This document shows positions 1 to 9,107 of a stretch of DNA of 64,000 nucleotides, piece by piece (the stretch's first letter is position 1; each line of letters begins with the position of its first letter). Under the pieces are notes generated by a model that made no database searches, was not told the DNA's origin, and saw only the letters and a program-made list of their open reading frames with translations. The DNA comes from Prevotella sp. (lineage in GTDB: Bacteria > Bacteroidota > Bacteroidia > Bacteroidales > Bacteroidaceae), in the NCBI GenBank assembly GCA_017402445.1, contig JAFPME010000033.1, forward strand, positions 3,379 through 67,378. Reading direction: 5' to 3'. The translations under genes were made by a program, and so were the position numbers.

Positions 1-753
1 GATGCTGCGCGTGACGAGACCCTTACGGATGCCCTCGCGCATCTCGTCCTCGCTGAGGTCCTCGGTCTCGAAGAACTTCTCCATCAGCGCATCGTCGCCG
101 GCAGCAGCAGCCTCCACGAGGGCTGCCTTCATCTCCTTAGCCTTGTCGAGCTGGTCGGCAGGAATATCTTCAATGATGGGAGCACCGCCTTCGGGCTTCC
201 ACGAATACTTCTTCATCAGCAGTACGTCGATCACCGAGTTGAAGCCAGCTCCCGTAGCAATGGGGTACTGCACGGGAACGCAGTTCGGTCCGTACACTTC
301 GCGCAGGTTATGCAGAATCTGGTCAAAGTCGCAGTTGTCACGATCCAGCTGATTCACGAGGAAGATCACCGGCTTGCCCAGCTTCTCGGTGTTGCGGAAG
401 GCATTCATCGTGCCCACCTCGGGACCATACTGTCCGTTGATGAGGATGATCGCCTGGTCAGTGACGTTCAAGGCCGTGATGGCACCGCCCACAAAGTCAT
501 CACTGCCCGGGCAGTCGATGATGTTGAGCTTCTTCCCGTTCCACTCCACATGGAACACCGTTGAGAATACACTGTAGCCGTACTCCTGCTCCACGGGGAA
601 GTAGTCGCTCACCGTGTTCTTTGCCTCCACTGAACCGCGACGCTTGATGACGCCACTTTCAAATAGCATACTCTCGGCAAGAGTGGTCTTGCCGCTACCC
701 GCACTGCCAAGCAATGCAATGTTCTTGATTTCGTTCGTTTGATATACTTTCAT
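1..753 (-). CDS. fusA2: Elongation factor G paralog (EF-G2 type), N-terminal part; runs off the left edge
   Basis: Translated by hand from ATG at 751-753: MKVYQTNEIKNIALLGSAGSGKTTLAESMLFESG...NIIDCPGSDDF...FLVNQLDR. EF-G G-domain with degenerate G3/G4 motifs. Absent from the ORF track because no stop lies in the window. Confidence 0.9.
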   Translation of the reverse strand, partial: MKVYQTNEIKNIALLGSAGSGKTTLAESMLFESGVIKRRGSVEAKNTVSDYFPVEQEYGYSVFSTVFHVEWNGKKLNIIDCPGSDDFVGGAITALNVTDQAIILINGQYGPEVGTMNAFRNTEKLGKPVIFLVNQLDRDNCDFDQILHNLREVYGPNCVPVQYPIATGAGFNSVIDVLLMKKYSWKPEGGAPIIEDIPADQLDKAKEMKAALVEAAAAGDDALMEKFFETEDLSEDEMREGIRKGLVTRSI

Positions 754-887
754 ATCTTTAAGATTAAGTTACTTTAGACTTTATTGGGGACTAAGTTACG
801 ACTTTTTGGCTGAACAGCAAAAGAAAACGACAAAAAGGTGGCTTTTTTTTAAACTTATTAGTAATTTTGTGCCGAAATAATATCAAA

Positions 888-2060
888 ATGGCAGGTCTGT
901 ACATACATATTCCCTTCTGCAAAAGCCGCTGCATCTATTGCAGCTTCTACTCCACCACGTGCCACGAGCGCATGGAGCCTTACGTCGACGCTCTCTTACT
1001 GGAGATGACAATGCGCGCCCAACAGGAGTCACCGCTCATCGACACCGTCTACCTCGGCGGAGGAACCCCGTCGCAGCTTCCCACAGGTCTGCTGCGCAAG
1101 CTCTTCCAACATATATATAAGGTATACAATGTCAGCGACAGCGCTGAAATAACCATCGAATGCAACCCCGACGACGTGAGCGCCGACTACGCCGCCGAGC
1201 TGGCGACCCTGCCCGTGAACCGCGTCAGCATGGGGGCACAGACTTTCTCCGACGAACGACTGCGCTTCTTGCGCCGCAGGCACACCGCACGGCAGGTGGA
1301 AGAAGCCGTCGGCCAGCTGCGTCGTAACGGTCTGCACAACATCAGCGTCGACCTCATGTACGGTTTCCCGGAACAGACGCTCAGCGCCTGGAATGCAGAC
1401 ATTGACGCTGCGCTGAAGCTCAACGTGGAGCACATCTCCGCCTACTTGCTCACCTACGAGGAAGGGACACCTCTCTACCGAATGAGACTCGACGGTAACA
1501 GCCTTCCGCCTGACGACGAGGAAACAGAACGGCAAATGTACGAGACGCTCATCGACCGTCTGGAGGACGCGGCATTTGAACACTACGAAATCAGCAATTT
1601 CGCCCGACTGAGCCCCCCTGCCCCACACGGCAACAGCCCGTCCGCCTTCCGCTCGCGCCACAACAGCAGCTACTGGCATGACGTCCCCTACATCGGCATC
1701 GGGGCCGCCGCACACAGTTACGACCGACAGACGCGCAGCTGGAACTATGCTGACCTGACGCGCTACACCGAATGCCTGCTGCGGGGGACACGTCCCACGG
1801 AGGGAGAAGAACGGCTCGACGAGACGACGCGCTACAACGACCTCATCACCACGGCACTGCGCACGCGCGAGGGCATCAGCCTGCAACGGCTCGCACACGA
1901 CTTCCGTCCCTTCTACACCGACCACCTACTCAGCTGCGCCCGGCGAAGCATCAGCCGGGGACTGCTCGCTGCCGAGCACGGACGCCTGCACCTGACCCGA
2001 CAGGGACTTTTCGTCTCCGACGACGTCATGAGCGACCTTATCTGCATCGCTGAAGGCTGA
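888..2060 (+). CDS. hemW: Radical SAM heme chaperone HemW (HemN-like)
   Basis: LYIHIPFCKSRCIYC (CxxxCxxC), GGGTPS, YEISNF and the HemW-type HNxxYW motif (HNSSYW). ATG at 888 follows a TAATTTTG -7 box. Confidence 0.9.
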   Translation: MAGLYIHIPFCKSRCIYCSFYSTTCHERMEPYVDALLLEMTMRAQQESPLIDTVYLGGGTPSQLPTGLLRKLFQHIYKVYNVSDSAEITIECNPDDVSADYAAELATLPVNRVSMGAQTFSDERLRFLRRRHTARQVEEAVGQLRRNGLHNISVDLMYGFPEQTLSAWNADIDAALKLNVEHISAYLLTYEEGTPLYRMRLDGNSLPPDDEETERQMYETLIDRLEDAAFEHYEISNFARLSPPAPHGNSPSAFRSRHNSSYWHDVPYIGIGAAAHSYDRQTRSWNYADLTRYTECLLRGTRPTEGEERLDETTRYNDLITTALRTREGISLQRLAHDFRPFYTDHLLSCARRSISRGLLAAEHGRLHLTRQGLFVSDDVMSDLICIAEG

Positions 2061-2121
2061 GTCAGCCCTAAATATTTTTCTCACTCCCCTACACATCAGT
2101 TTCTTCAAGGTGTTGAGATAA

Positions 2122-2703
2122 TCAGGTCACCTCACCCCTGAAGTCGTCGGGTGAGGGAACCGTATGATGTCTCACATCCTGACAATTTGAGTTCCTTTGA
2201 ATATTGCGTTTATTCATTGTCGCCAAGCAACAAGAGAATCCCTCCGTGATACGTTGACTGAAACACAGACGGGAACTCGGCAGGCCTGCAAGCCCACGGA
2301 TGAAGCCCTCGTCAAGAGCCGACGCGGCAACGCACACAGCAGGAGTATAGCAACTGCTGAAGAAGCAATATCGGAAACAAAGCGTTCCGTTTTCCATCAT
2401 CTCAAGATCTATTCCGATGTTGCGATAGAGTGAGACGATCAGACGAACGGCAGAGGACTTTTTCTTCAAGAAAAACAGGCGCCGGAGTTTTGTTCCCATT
2501 CTGAATGCTTCATCGTTCAATTGCCGGAGAACATCTTCGCTCTGATTCACCAAATGCCGACTGGTAAAATCAGCATAGGCTTGCAGGGCTTTGTCGTTGC
2601 GCAGCGTCCAAGTGCGACAGCAAGGCTGCCCGAGCGCCCTTGCTGTAACGTACATCAGCAACTGAATCTCTGCACGACGAAAAAAGGAACTGTCAGTCAG
2701 CAT
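2122..2703 (-). CDS. Hypothetical protein, last gene of a decayed accessory operon
   Basis: ATG at 2701-2703 overlaps the end of the upstream ligase remnant (coupled arrangement). Several Cys residues (CFRYCFFSSCY, CCLAT). The C-terminal tail may be read-through into a deleted neighbour. Confidence 0.55.
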   Translation of the reverse strand: MLTDSSFFRRAEIQLLMYVTARALGQPCCRTWTLRNDKALQAYADFTSRHLVNQSEDVLRQLNDEAFRMGTKLRRLFFLKKKSSAVRLIVSLYRNIGIDLEMMENGTLCFRYCFFSSCYTPAVCVAASALDEGFIRGLAGLPSSRLCFSQRITEGFSCCLATMNKRNIQRNSNCQDVRHHTVPSPDDFRGEVT

Positions 2704-2836
2704 ACATCTTTTCGATTTCTTTCTGGTAATTCGAAATGACAACGCTGCGCTTCACCTTCAGATTAGGCGTCAGCTCACCGCGGTCGATGCTGAGCGGAGT
2801 ATCAATGATCCGCCAACGTTTCACTTGCTCTGGAAA
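2693..2836 (-). pseudogene. C-terminal remnant of an AMP-dependent (long-chain acyl-CoA) ligase
   Basis: FPEQVKRWRIIDTPLSIDRGELTPNLKVKR...EIEKMY resembles the ELTPxLKxKR C-terminus of long-chain acyl-CoA synthetases; only about 47 codons remain. Confidence 0.7.
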
Positions 2837-3455
2837 GTCCAAGCTGTGTCTGTTCCAAGACGACCATGCTGTCCAAGAGCACGCAGGTTTTGAAGTGACT
2901 CCTCTGTGTGAACAATGAAAAAGACATCGCGGCAAAGGTCGCGGCTCAGTTGCGCCAGCCAACCGTCCAGCCGACCCACTTCCGAACCGTACGCAACACA
3001 TGGCTTCCCCTGCTGCCGCATGATGCCTGCCGCCTCACAATAAAACACGCAAAGAGCTTCAGCAAACGTTGGCATCAGCGTTGACCCCTCACATAGAATC
3101 GCCACATGGTGCTCCGAACAGGCTTTCAGCAACGAGAAAACGAACATCGTCGTGAAGGGCCACAGACGAACATGCTCAGCAAAATAGCCTCTGACATTCG
3201 TTCGGTCGAGCGTCATCACTGTCAGTTCCACACCATCCGTGCCTAAGGCCTCCTCCAACTGCTTTACCAGTGCCACCACACGCGCATCAGCTCCTGTGTT
3301 TCTTGCCCCATTGTAACCAACAAGCAGAATCTTCAGTTTTCCACCGTCCTGATGTTCACCGTAGTTGCAAATATGTAAACGCGACAATGGCTTAGCCTAC
3401 CGCGCGAGCCAAACCACCAACCGGATGAAGTATGAAAGTAGTCGTCCAAAATCAT
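2821..3455 (-). pseudogene. N-terminal remnant of a polysaccharide pyruvyl transferase family gene
   Basis: KILLVGYNGARNTGADAR motif and ...GTDTAW. The ATG at 3453-3455 is 1 bp out of frame, an in-frame TAG lies at 3397-3399, and the gene is cut off near 2830. Confidence 0.7.
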
Positions 3456-3467
3456 TTATTATTGATG

Positions 3468-3535
3468 CAAAAATACGACGATTTTGCCAAATCAGAAAAG
3501 ACAAGACGACACAAAACTTGTCCGAAACGACACAA
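3468..3535 (-). promoter_or_regulatory. Promoter -7 box with upstream 9-12-9 direct repeat (LytTR-type geometry)
   Basis: TATTTTTG at 3468-3475 (minus strand); TTGTGTCGT at 3506-3514 and 3527-3535, identical, with a 12-bp spacer. Confidence 0.55.
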
Positions 3536-3657
3536 TGCAAAAATATAAACGCAAATTTACACAAACCATGCACACTCTGAAAGAAACACAGTTCAAAACG
3601 AAAGGACAAGAATCTCTCCCAGCGTGGAGCCTAATAAAAAGCACAAAAAGAAGTCAC

Positions 3658-5157
3658 TCACCTGGTATTTCTGAAGCTCTCAATGTTCTGGTATCTTCTT
3701 TTCATGAATCTGTCATAGATGTTTCTGATCCAGAGCTTGTGTGTGACGACGAACGAGAGGCCGATGAGGAGCATGATGATGTTGGCACAGGTGGGCGTGC
3801 AGAGCAGGTTGAGCACGGCAATGATGGCTACGGGTGCGAACATGGCAATCATCTCAGCAGCGAATGCGAACCAGTTGGTTTCCACGGACCCTTTGCTGAC
3901 GAGCTTGGCGTTGAGCGGAATGGTCTGTCTGTTGTAGACAGCGAGCTGCATGAGCAGGCAGAAGAGCGGCCCCGCAGTAAATGCCATGATGGCGAGCAGG
4001 AGCAGCAGTGAGTACTTTCCGGCAAAGACTGTCGGGAGCATGATGAGCAGCGGCAGCAGGAGCAGCGCGCAGTAGAAGTAGTACTTTGCCGTGAGCAGTT
4101 GCAGTATGTTCTCATGGTGGACCATGAGGCAGTCGATGTAGTTCCCTTCGGCAGCCATGACCTTGACGAGGAGCATGCCGCCGTTGATGATGAAGGCATA
4201 GACGATGAAGAACTTCGAGGTGAAGGCTCCGTCGTAAATGTCGGTATAGGAGATGATGACGGCGAGGAAGAGTGTGAAGGCGATGCTGTAGATGAAGGAT
4301 GTGCGGATGTTCTTGTTGCGGATGACGCTCTTGAGCTCAAGCTTGACGTATTCGCCTACTTCACCGTAGCGGTCGAGGAAGCTGAACTGCGAGACGGTGC
4401 GCAGCTGACGCTCGCCGGTCTGCACGGCCTCGACGGTGGTGTGCCGGTACTGCACGGCCCTGTTCACGAAGAAGAGCAGGGCAATGAGCGCAACAACGGC
4501 GAGCCAAGAAAGCGGTTGCCAGGTAGTGAGGGCCTCGCCGATGGGTGCATAGCAGAGGAGCATGTCCTCGAAATCGCCCACGATCCACGGCAGGAAGAGT
4601 GCGCTGTAGAGCAGCAGCGGAGCGGCCCACCAGAACACGGAGCGGGCAATCATGGTCCGCCAAAGCATGTAGTGCAGGCTGTTGGCGGCGATGAGGCCCT
4701 GGAAGCCGAGCAGGAAGCCGACAGTGCCGCCGAAGCCGTAGCTGAAGAGCACGCAGATGATGGCGTAAGGCACGGTGACGAACATCCACAGCAGGTTGTT
4801 AACAGAGAAGACGCTCCGCAGGAGGAAGGCTTCCACACATGCGTACTTGGCAATGGGGAGCAGCAGATAGGGTTTGACGAGCTGGGCAGGCGTCTGCTGT
4901 CCGATGAAACGCAGCAGGAAGTCGAGCGTGAGGATGAAGGGCATCAGCATGAAGAGGAACTCGGCCGGGGTGGCCATGCGCGTGCCGTTGGCTGCCACGG
5001 CCAGGATGATGCCGAGGAACATGAGGTAGACGACCATGAAGCCGCTCATGATGTAGACGATGACCTTGGCCGTGCGGTTCTGCTCCATGACGGGGCTTCG
5101 CTTCTCGCTGAGGCTGACGTGGCGGCGGAGTTCTCTGTAAAGCTGCAGTCTGTTCAT
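3658..5157 (-). CDS. Multi-pass membrane protein, probable ABC-type permease (DUF5687-like)
   Basis: 499 aa with many hydrophobic segments; KPYLLLPI and YVKLELKSVIRNK motifs typical of this Bacteroidetes family; start overlaps the lolA stop. Confidence 0.7.
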   Translation of the reverse strand: MNRLQLYRELRRHVSLSEKRSPVMEQNRTAKVIVYIMSGFMVVYLMFLGIILAVAANGTRMATPAEFLFMLMPFILTLDFLLRFIGQQTPAQLVKPYLLLPIAKYACVEAFLLRSVFSVNNLLWMFVTVPYAIICVLFSYGFGGTVGFLLGFQGLIAANSLHYMLWRTMIARSVFWWAAPLLLYSALFLPWIVGDFEDMLLCYAPIGEALTTWQPLSWLAVVALIALLFFVNRAVQYRHTTVEAVQTGERQLRTVSQFSFLDRYGEVGEYVKLELKSVIRNKNIRTSFIYSIAFTLFLAVIISYTDIYDGAFTSKFFIVYAFIINGGMLLVKVMAAEGNYIDCLMVHHENILQLLTAKYYFYCALLLLPLLIMLPTVFAGKYSLLLLLAIMAFTAGPLFCLLMQLAVYNRQTIPLNAKLVSKGSVETNWFAFAAEMIAMFAPVAIIAVLNLLCTPTCANIIMLLIGLSFVVTHKLWIRNIYDRFMKRRYQNIESFRNTR

Positions 5158-5756
5158 CGGAGGTCAATCACTTCGGCTCGTGGGTAATCGGCGGAACGGA
5201 ATCGGAAAGCACTGTCGGGCAGCGACTTCTTACGGAAGTTGCTGACGCTGATGGTCGACCATCCTTTGGCCGTGCGGACCTTGATCTGCGTGGGCTGGTA
5301 CTTCTTGTTGACCGTGATGTACATTTCCTGAATGGTGCGGCTCTTGTTCTGCGCCGTAAGGTGGACTTCATACTTCGCACCGACGGTCTTCGACGTCATC
5401 GTGTAGCCCTGCTTGTAAACGGAGACAAAGGCATAGGGGTTAAGGGTCTGCCCGCCTTCGTCGGCATGGCTGACGTTCACCTCCTCGGCTCCGCGATTGT
5501 AGGTCCACTGCGTCTTGCCGTCGTTCCAGATGATGGCCTGCGCGGTTTGGGCGCAAAACTTGTTTCCTTTCACCGCTATGGTACCCGAAGCGTTGCCGTA
5601 TTTCCCAGTCATGCTGAAAAAAGCGGTGGCCCCTCCGTTACCGGTTACTGCGGCAGCGGCTTTGTCGAGTATCGTCCTTGCCTGCTGAGCTGTTCCCTTC
5701 GCGAGGACAACCGTTGCGAAAAGCGCAGCTAAAAGTATTGTGAATGTCCTTTTCAT
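5154..5756 (-). CDS. lolA: Outer-membrane lipoprotein carrier LolA-like protein
   Basis: Signal peptide, WNDGKTQWTYN..EEVNVS, C-terminal EVIDLR; directly downstream of ftsK. Confidence 0.8.
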   Translation of the reverse strand: MKRTFTILLAALFATVVLAKGTAQQARTILDKAAAAVTGNGGATAFFSMTGKYGNASGTIAVKGNKFCAQTAQAIIWNDGKTQWTYNRGAEEVNVSHADEGGQTLNPYAFVSVYKQGYTMTSKTVGAKYEVHLTAQNKSRTIQEMYITVNKKYQPTQIKVRTAKGWSTISVSNFRKKSLPDSAFRFRSADYPRAEVIDLR

Positions 5757-5866
5757 TGTTGTTCTGTTTTTTTAAATGGTTGATGTTCTCTGTTATCCCG
5801 GTTCTCTTTTTCCTTTTTTGACAGGAAAGAGCGTGAAAGGTTTAAAACGACAGGTGTCTTTGCAGA

Positions 5867-8344
5867 CTAACGGTGCATGGCAGCAAAGAGGTTATCGAGA
5901 CTCGCGGGGTCGGTGATGAGCACTTCGCGCGGCTTGCTGCCCATGGCCTCGCCCACGATGCCTGCTTCCTGCAACTGGTCCATCAGACGGCCGGCACGGT
6001 TGTAGCCGATGGAGAAGCGTCGCTGTATCATGCTGGTGGAGCCCTGCTGGGTGAGGACGATGTGGCGCGCAGCTTCCTCGAACAGGGGGTCGAGGTTCTG
6101 AACGTCGACGGTACCGCCATCGCCGCCGCCTTCGTCGGAGGTGGGTTCCGGCAGTTCCATGGGTTCCACGGGGCCGGGCTGTTCCTCGATGAAGTGGTTG
6201 ATCTTCTCCACTTCAGGCGTGTCGACGAATGCGCACTGCACGCGCGTCGGCTCGCCGCCGTTGACGTACAGCATGTCACCGCGGCCGATGAGCTGGTTGG
6301 CTCCTGTCTGGTCGAGAATGGTCATGGAGTCGATGCGTGCACTGGTCTTGAAGGCGATGCGCCCGGGGAAGTTGGCCTTGATGTTGCCGGTGATGATGCG
6401 GGTGGTGGGTCGCTGCGTGGCTATCACCATGTGTATGCCGACGGCGCGGGCCAGCTGAGCGATACGGGCAATGGGAAGCTCTATCTCCTTGCCCGCAGTC
6501 ATGATGAGGTCGCCGAACTCGTCGATGATGACGACAATGTAGGGCATGTAGTCGTGACCGTCGGTGAGGCGCAGCTTGCGCTCAACGAACTTCTTGTTGT
6601 ACTCCTTGATGTTGCGGGCTCCGGCAGCTTTCAGCAGGTCGTAGCGATGGTCCATGAGCTTGCAGAGGGAGTTGAGGGTCTTGATGACCTTCGTGACGTC
6701 GGTGATGATGGCTTCCTCGTCGTCGTTTTCTGTCGGCACCTGAGCCATGAAGTGGTTGACGATGGGGGTATAGATGGAGAACTCCACTTTCTTCGGGTCA
6801 ATCAGCACGAACTTCAGCTCGTTGGGATGCTTCTTGTAGAGCAGCGATGTGATGATGGCATTCAGTCCAACGGACTTACCCTGTCCGGTGGCACCGGCCA
6901 CAAGCAGGTGTGGAATCTTGGCCAGATCGACCATGAAGACGTCGTTGGTGATGGTCTTTCCCAAGGCCAAGGGGAGCTCCATGGACGTTTCCTTGAAACG
7001 CTTCGAGTTGAGTACGGTCTCCATGGAGACAATCTGTGGCTTCGCATTGGGCACTTCGATACCGATGGTTCCCTTTCCCGGAATGGGGGCAATGATGCGG
7101 ATGCCGAGGGCTGAGAGGCTCAGGGCAATGTCGTCCTCAAGGTTTCTGATCTTCGAGATGCGCACACCCTCGGCCGGCGTAATCTCGTAGAGCGTGATGG
7201 TGGGTCCAATGGTGGCATGGATGGAACGAATTTGCACGCCGAAGTCGTTGAGCACCTTCACGATGCGGTTCATGTTCGACTGCTGCTCGTCTTTGTCGAT
7301 AGTGGGTTTGTCGCCTTCGTCGTAACGCTTCAGCAGGTCGAGCGTGGGGTATTTGTATTTCAGCCACGGCTCCTTGGGATTGATGGGCGTGTTGAGGTCC
7401 GGCTCCGTGGGCGTGGCCATGGTCGTTCCCTGCGCCTTTTCCTCTGCTTTGCCCACCTCCATCGACGTTTCGATGCTGCCGGGCGACTGTGTGGCCTTTG
7501 CAGCTGGGCGGTGTGTCTGCTGCTGTTTTTCGTCCAATTCGACGACGATGTCGGGTTTATGCTCGCTAATGGTGGACGAACCGTCGCCGTCGTCGGCTTC
7601 GTCGTCGCTGCTGACCGTCATCACGGGAGCGTAACCGACGTTGGCGGGGACCTCGTCGGTAGTCTTTGCCTCTTTCTTCTGGTCGTTAGTGATGACGAAC
7701 TTCACCTTTCGGTTGATGTATCCCACGGGGTTCAGCAATTTACGGATGACCGTGATGGTCTCAGAACTGATGTAGGTGAGAAGCATGATGGCTACCAACG
7801 CAAGCACGGCCGTCAGTCCCGGAGCTCCGATAACGTTCTCAAGGAACTGGCATGCCATAAGTCCGTGACCGCCGCCAGGGTTGTAGACCTGATCGCCCAA
7901 AATCGGAGTAAGGAACTTTGCAAAAGCCACTGAGCACCAGATCATTAAAACGACCAATCCGAAAAACCACTTGAACATGTTCAAACCGTTGTAAACGTGC
8001 ATCAAGCGCAGACCGAACAGTCCCATCAGCACAGGGATGATGAACGCCGAAAGGCCGAAACACTTGGACACGAAGAAGTCTGCCAGCAGCGCACCCATGG
8101 AGCCGCAGCTGTTCTTGAACTCGCGGGTGGAGTTCATCCATTCGTTGGGCTTCAGGTCCATCACCAGACTCTGATCAGCCTGTCCCGTGCTGAGATAGGA
8201 AAAGAACGCTATGAGCACGTAGACCGCCAGCAGCAAAAGAATGAAGCCGAATATGAAATTGAAGATATCGTTCTCGAAAATAGTACGAAAACCCACTGCT
8301 TCGCTAAAGGAAGCAGGTTTCTTCTTGACCGTCTTTTTTGCCAT
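5867..8344 (-). CDS. ftsK: DNA translocase FtsK
   Basis: N-terminal TM helices, PHLLVAGATGQGKS Walker A, IVVIIDEFGDL Walker B, ATQRP, gamma domain (SIGYNRAGRLMDQL). Confidence 0.97.
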   Translation of the reverse strand: MAKKTVKKKPASFSEAVGFRTIFENDIFNFIFGFILLLLAVYVLIAFFSYLSTGQADQSLVMDLKPNEWMNSTREFKNSCGSMGALLADFFVSKCFGLSAFIIPVLMGLFGLRLMHVYNGLNMFKWFFGLVVLMIWCSVAFAKFLTPILGDQVYNPGGGHGLMACQFLENVIGAPGLTAVLALVAIMLLTYISSETITVIRKLLNPVGYINRKVKFVITNDQKKEAKTTDEVPANVGYAPVMTVSSDDEADDGDGSSTISEHKPDIVVELDEKQQQTHRPAAKATQSPGSIETSMEVGKAEEKAQGTTMATPTEPDLNTPINPKEPWLKYKYPTLDLLKRYDEGDKPTIDKDEQQSNMNRIVKVLNDFGVQIRSIHATIGPTITLYEITPAEGVRISKIRNLEDDIALSLSALGIRIIAPIPGKGTIGIEVPNAKPQIVSMETVLNSKRFKETSMELPLALGKTITNDVFMVDLAKIPHLLVAGATGQGKSVGLNAIITSLLYKKHPNELKFVLIDPKKVEFSIYTPIVNHFMAQVPTENDDEEAIITDVTKVIKTLNSLCKLMDHRYDLLKAAGARNIKEYNKKFVERKLRLTDGHDYMPYIVVIIDEFGDLIMTAGKEIELPIARIAQLARAVGIHMVIATQRPTTRIITGNIKANFPGRIAFKTSARIDSMTILDQTGANQLIGRGDMLYVNGGEPTRVQCAFVDTPEVEKINHFIEEQPGPVEPMELPEPTSDEGGGDGGTVDVQNLDPLFEEAARHIVLTQQGSTSMIQRRFSIGYNRAGRLMDQLQEAGIVGEAMGSKPREVLITDPASLDNLFAAMHR

Positions 8345-8462
8345 CGTGAAAACCGATTATCTCTTTTTGTATGCTAATAATTTGCAAAAGTAATTGAATT
8401 TTGTCACATTTCGCCATAAAATCGCATTTTTTTTCTAATTTTGCAGATTGTTAGAAAAAAGA

Positions 8463-9107
8463 ATGACAAGAATACTGTACAACAAGTTCGACAAAAAAGC
8501 CATCGGCTCATTGCCCGTTGCCCGATTCCCAGGACGAATCATCACCGTCATCGCATCCGGCGAAACGGAAAGAGCCGTCGAATACCTACTGTCGCAGCGC
8601 ATGCTCGGCGTTGACACCGAGACGAGACCATCGTTCAAAAAGGGACGTCAGAACATTGTGTCGCTGCTTCAGGTATCGACGCTCGACACCTGTTTCCTGT
8701 TCCGACTGAACTACACAGGAATGACGCCTGCCATCATCAGGTTCCTCGAGGACACCACCGTACCGAAAATCGGGCTCTCATGGCACGATGACATCCTCTC
8801 GCTCAAGAAGCGGACCGACTTTAAGCCCGGATTGTTCATAGACCTTCAGAAACACGTCGGCGAGCTGGGCATCGAGGACCAGAGCCTGCAGAAACTCTAT
8901 GCGAACCTGTTCGGACAGAGAATCATGAAACGGGAACAACTCAGCAACTGGGAAAACGACGTCCTGACCGAGAAGCAAAAGAGCTACGCTGCCACCGATG
9001 CGTGGGCCTGCATCATGCTCTACCAGGAGCTGCTCCGACTGCAACAGAGCGGAGACTACGAGCTGAGAACAACCGAATCGGAGCATCAAGAAGACAAAAC
9101 GACATGA
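8463..9107 (+). CDS. 3'-5' exonuclease (DEDDy, RNase D/WRN-like)
   Basis: GVDTETRP exo I and YAATDA exo III motifs; ATG at 8463 follows a TAATTTTG box. Confidence 0.88.
   Translation: MTRILYNKFDKKAIGSLPVARFPGRIITVIASGETERAVEYLLSQRMLGVDTETRPSFKKGRQNIVSLLQVSTLDTCFLFRLNYTGMTPAIIRFLEDTTVPKIGLSWHDDILSLKKRTDFKPGLFIDLQKHVGELGIEDQSLQKLYANLFGQRIMKREQLSNWENDVLTEKQKSYAATDAWACIMLYQELLRLQQSGDYELRTTESEHQEDKTT

Noticed and set aside
754-887. Cur (CRP-like) binding site upstream of the EF-G paralog
   Set aside because: Expected from Bacteroides regulation, but I could not find a convincing palindrome in the spacer.
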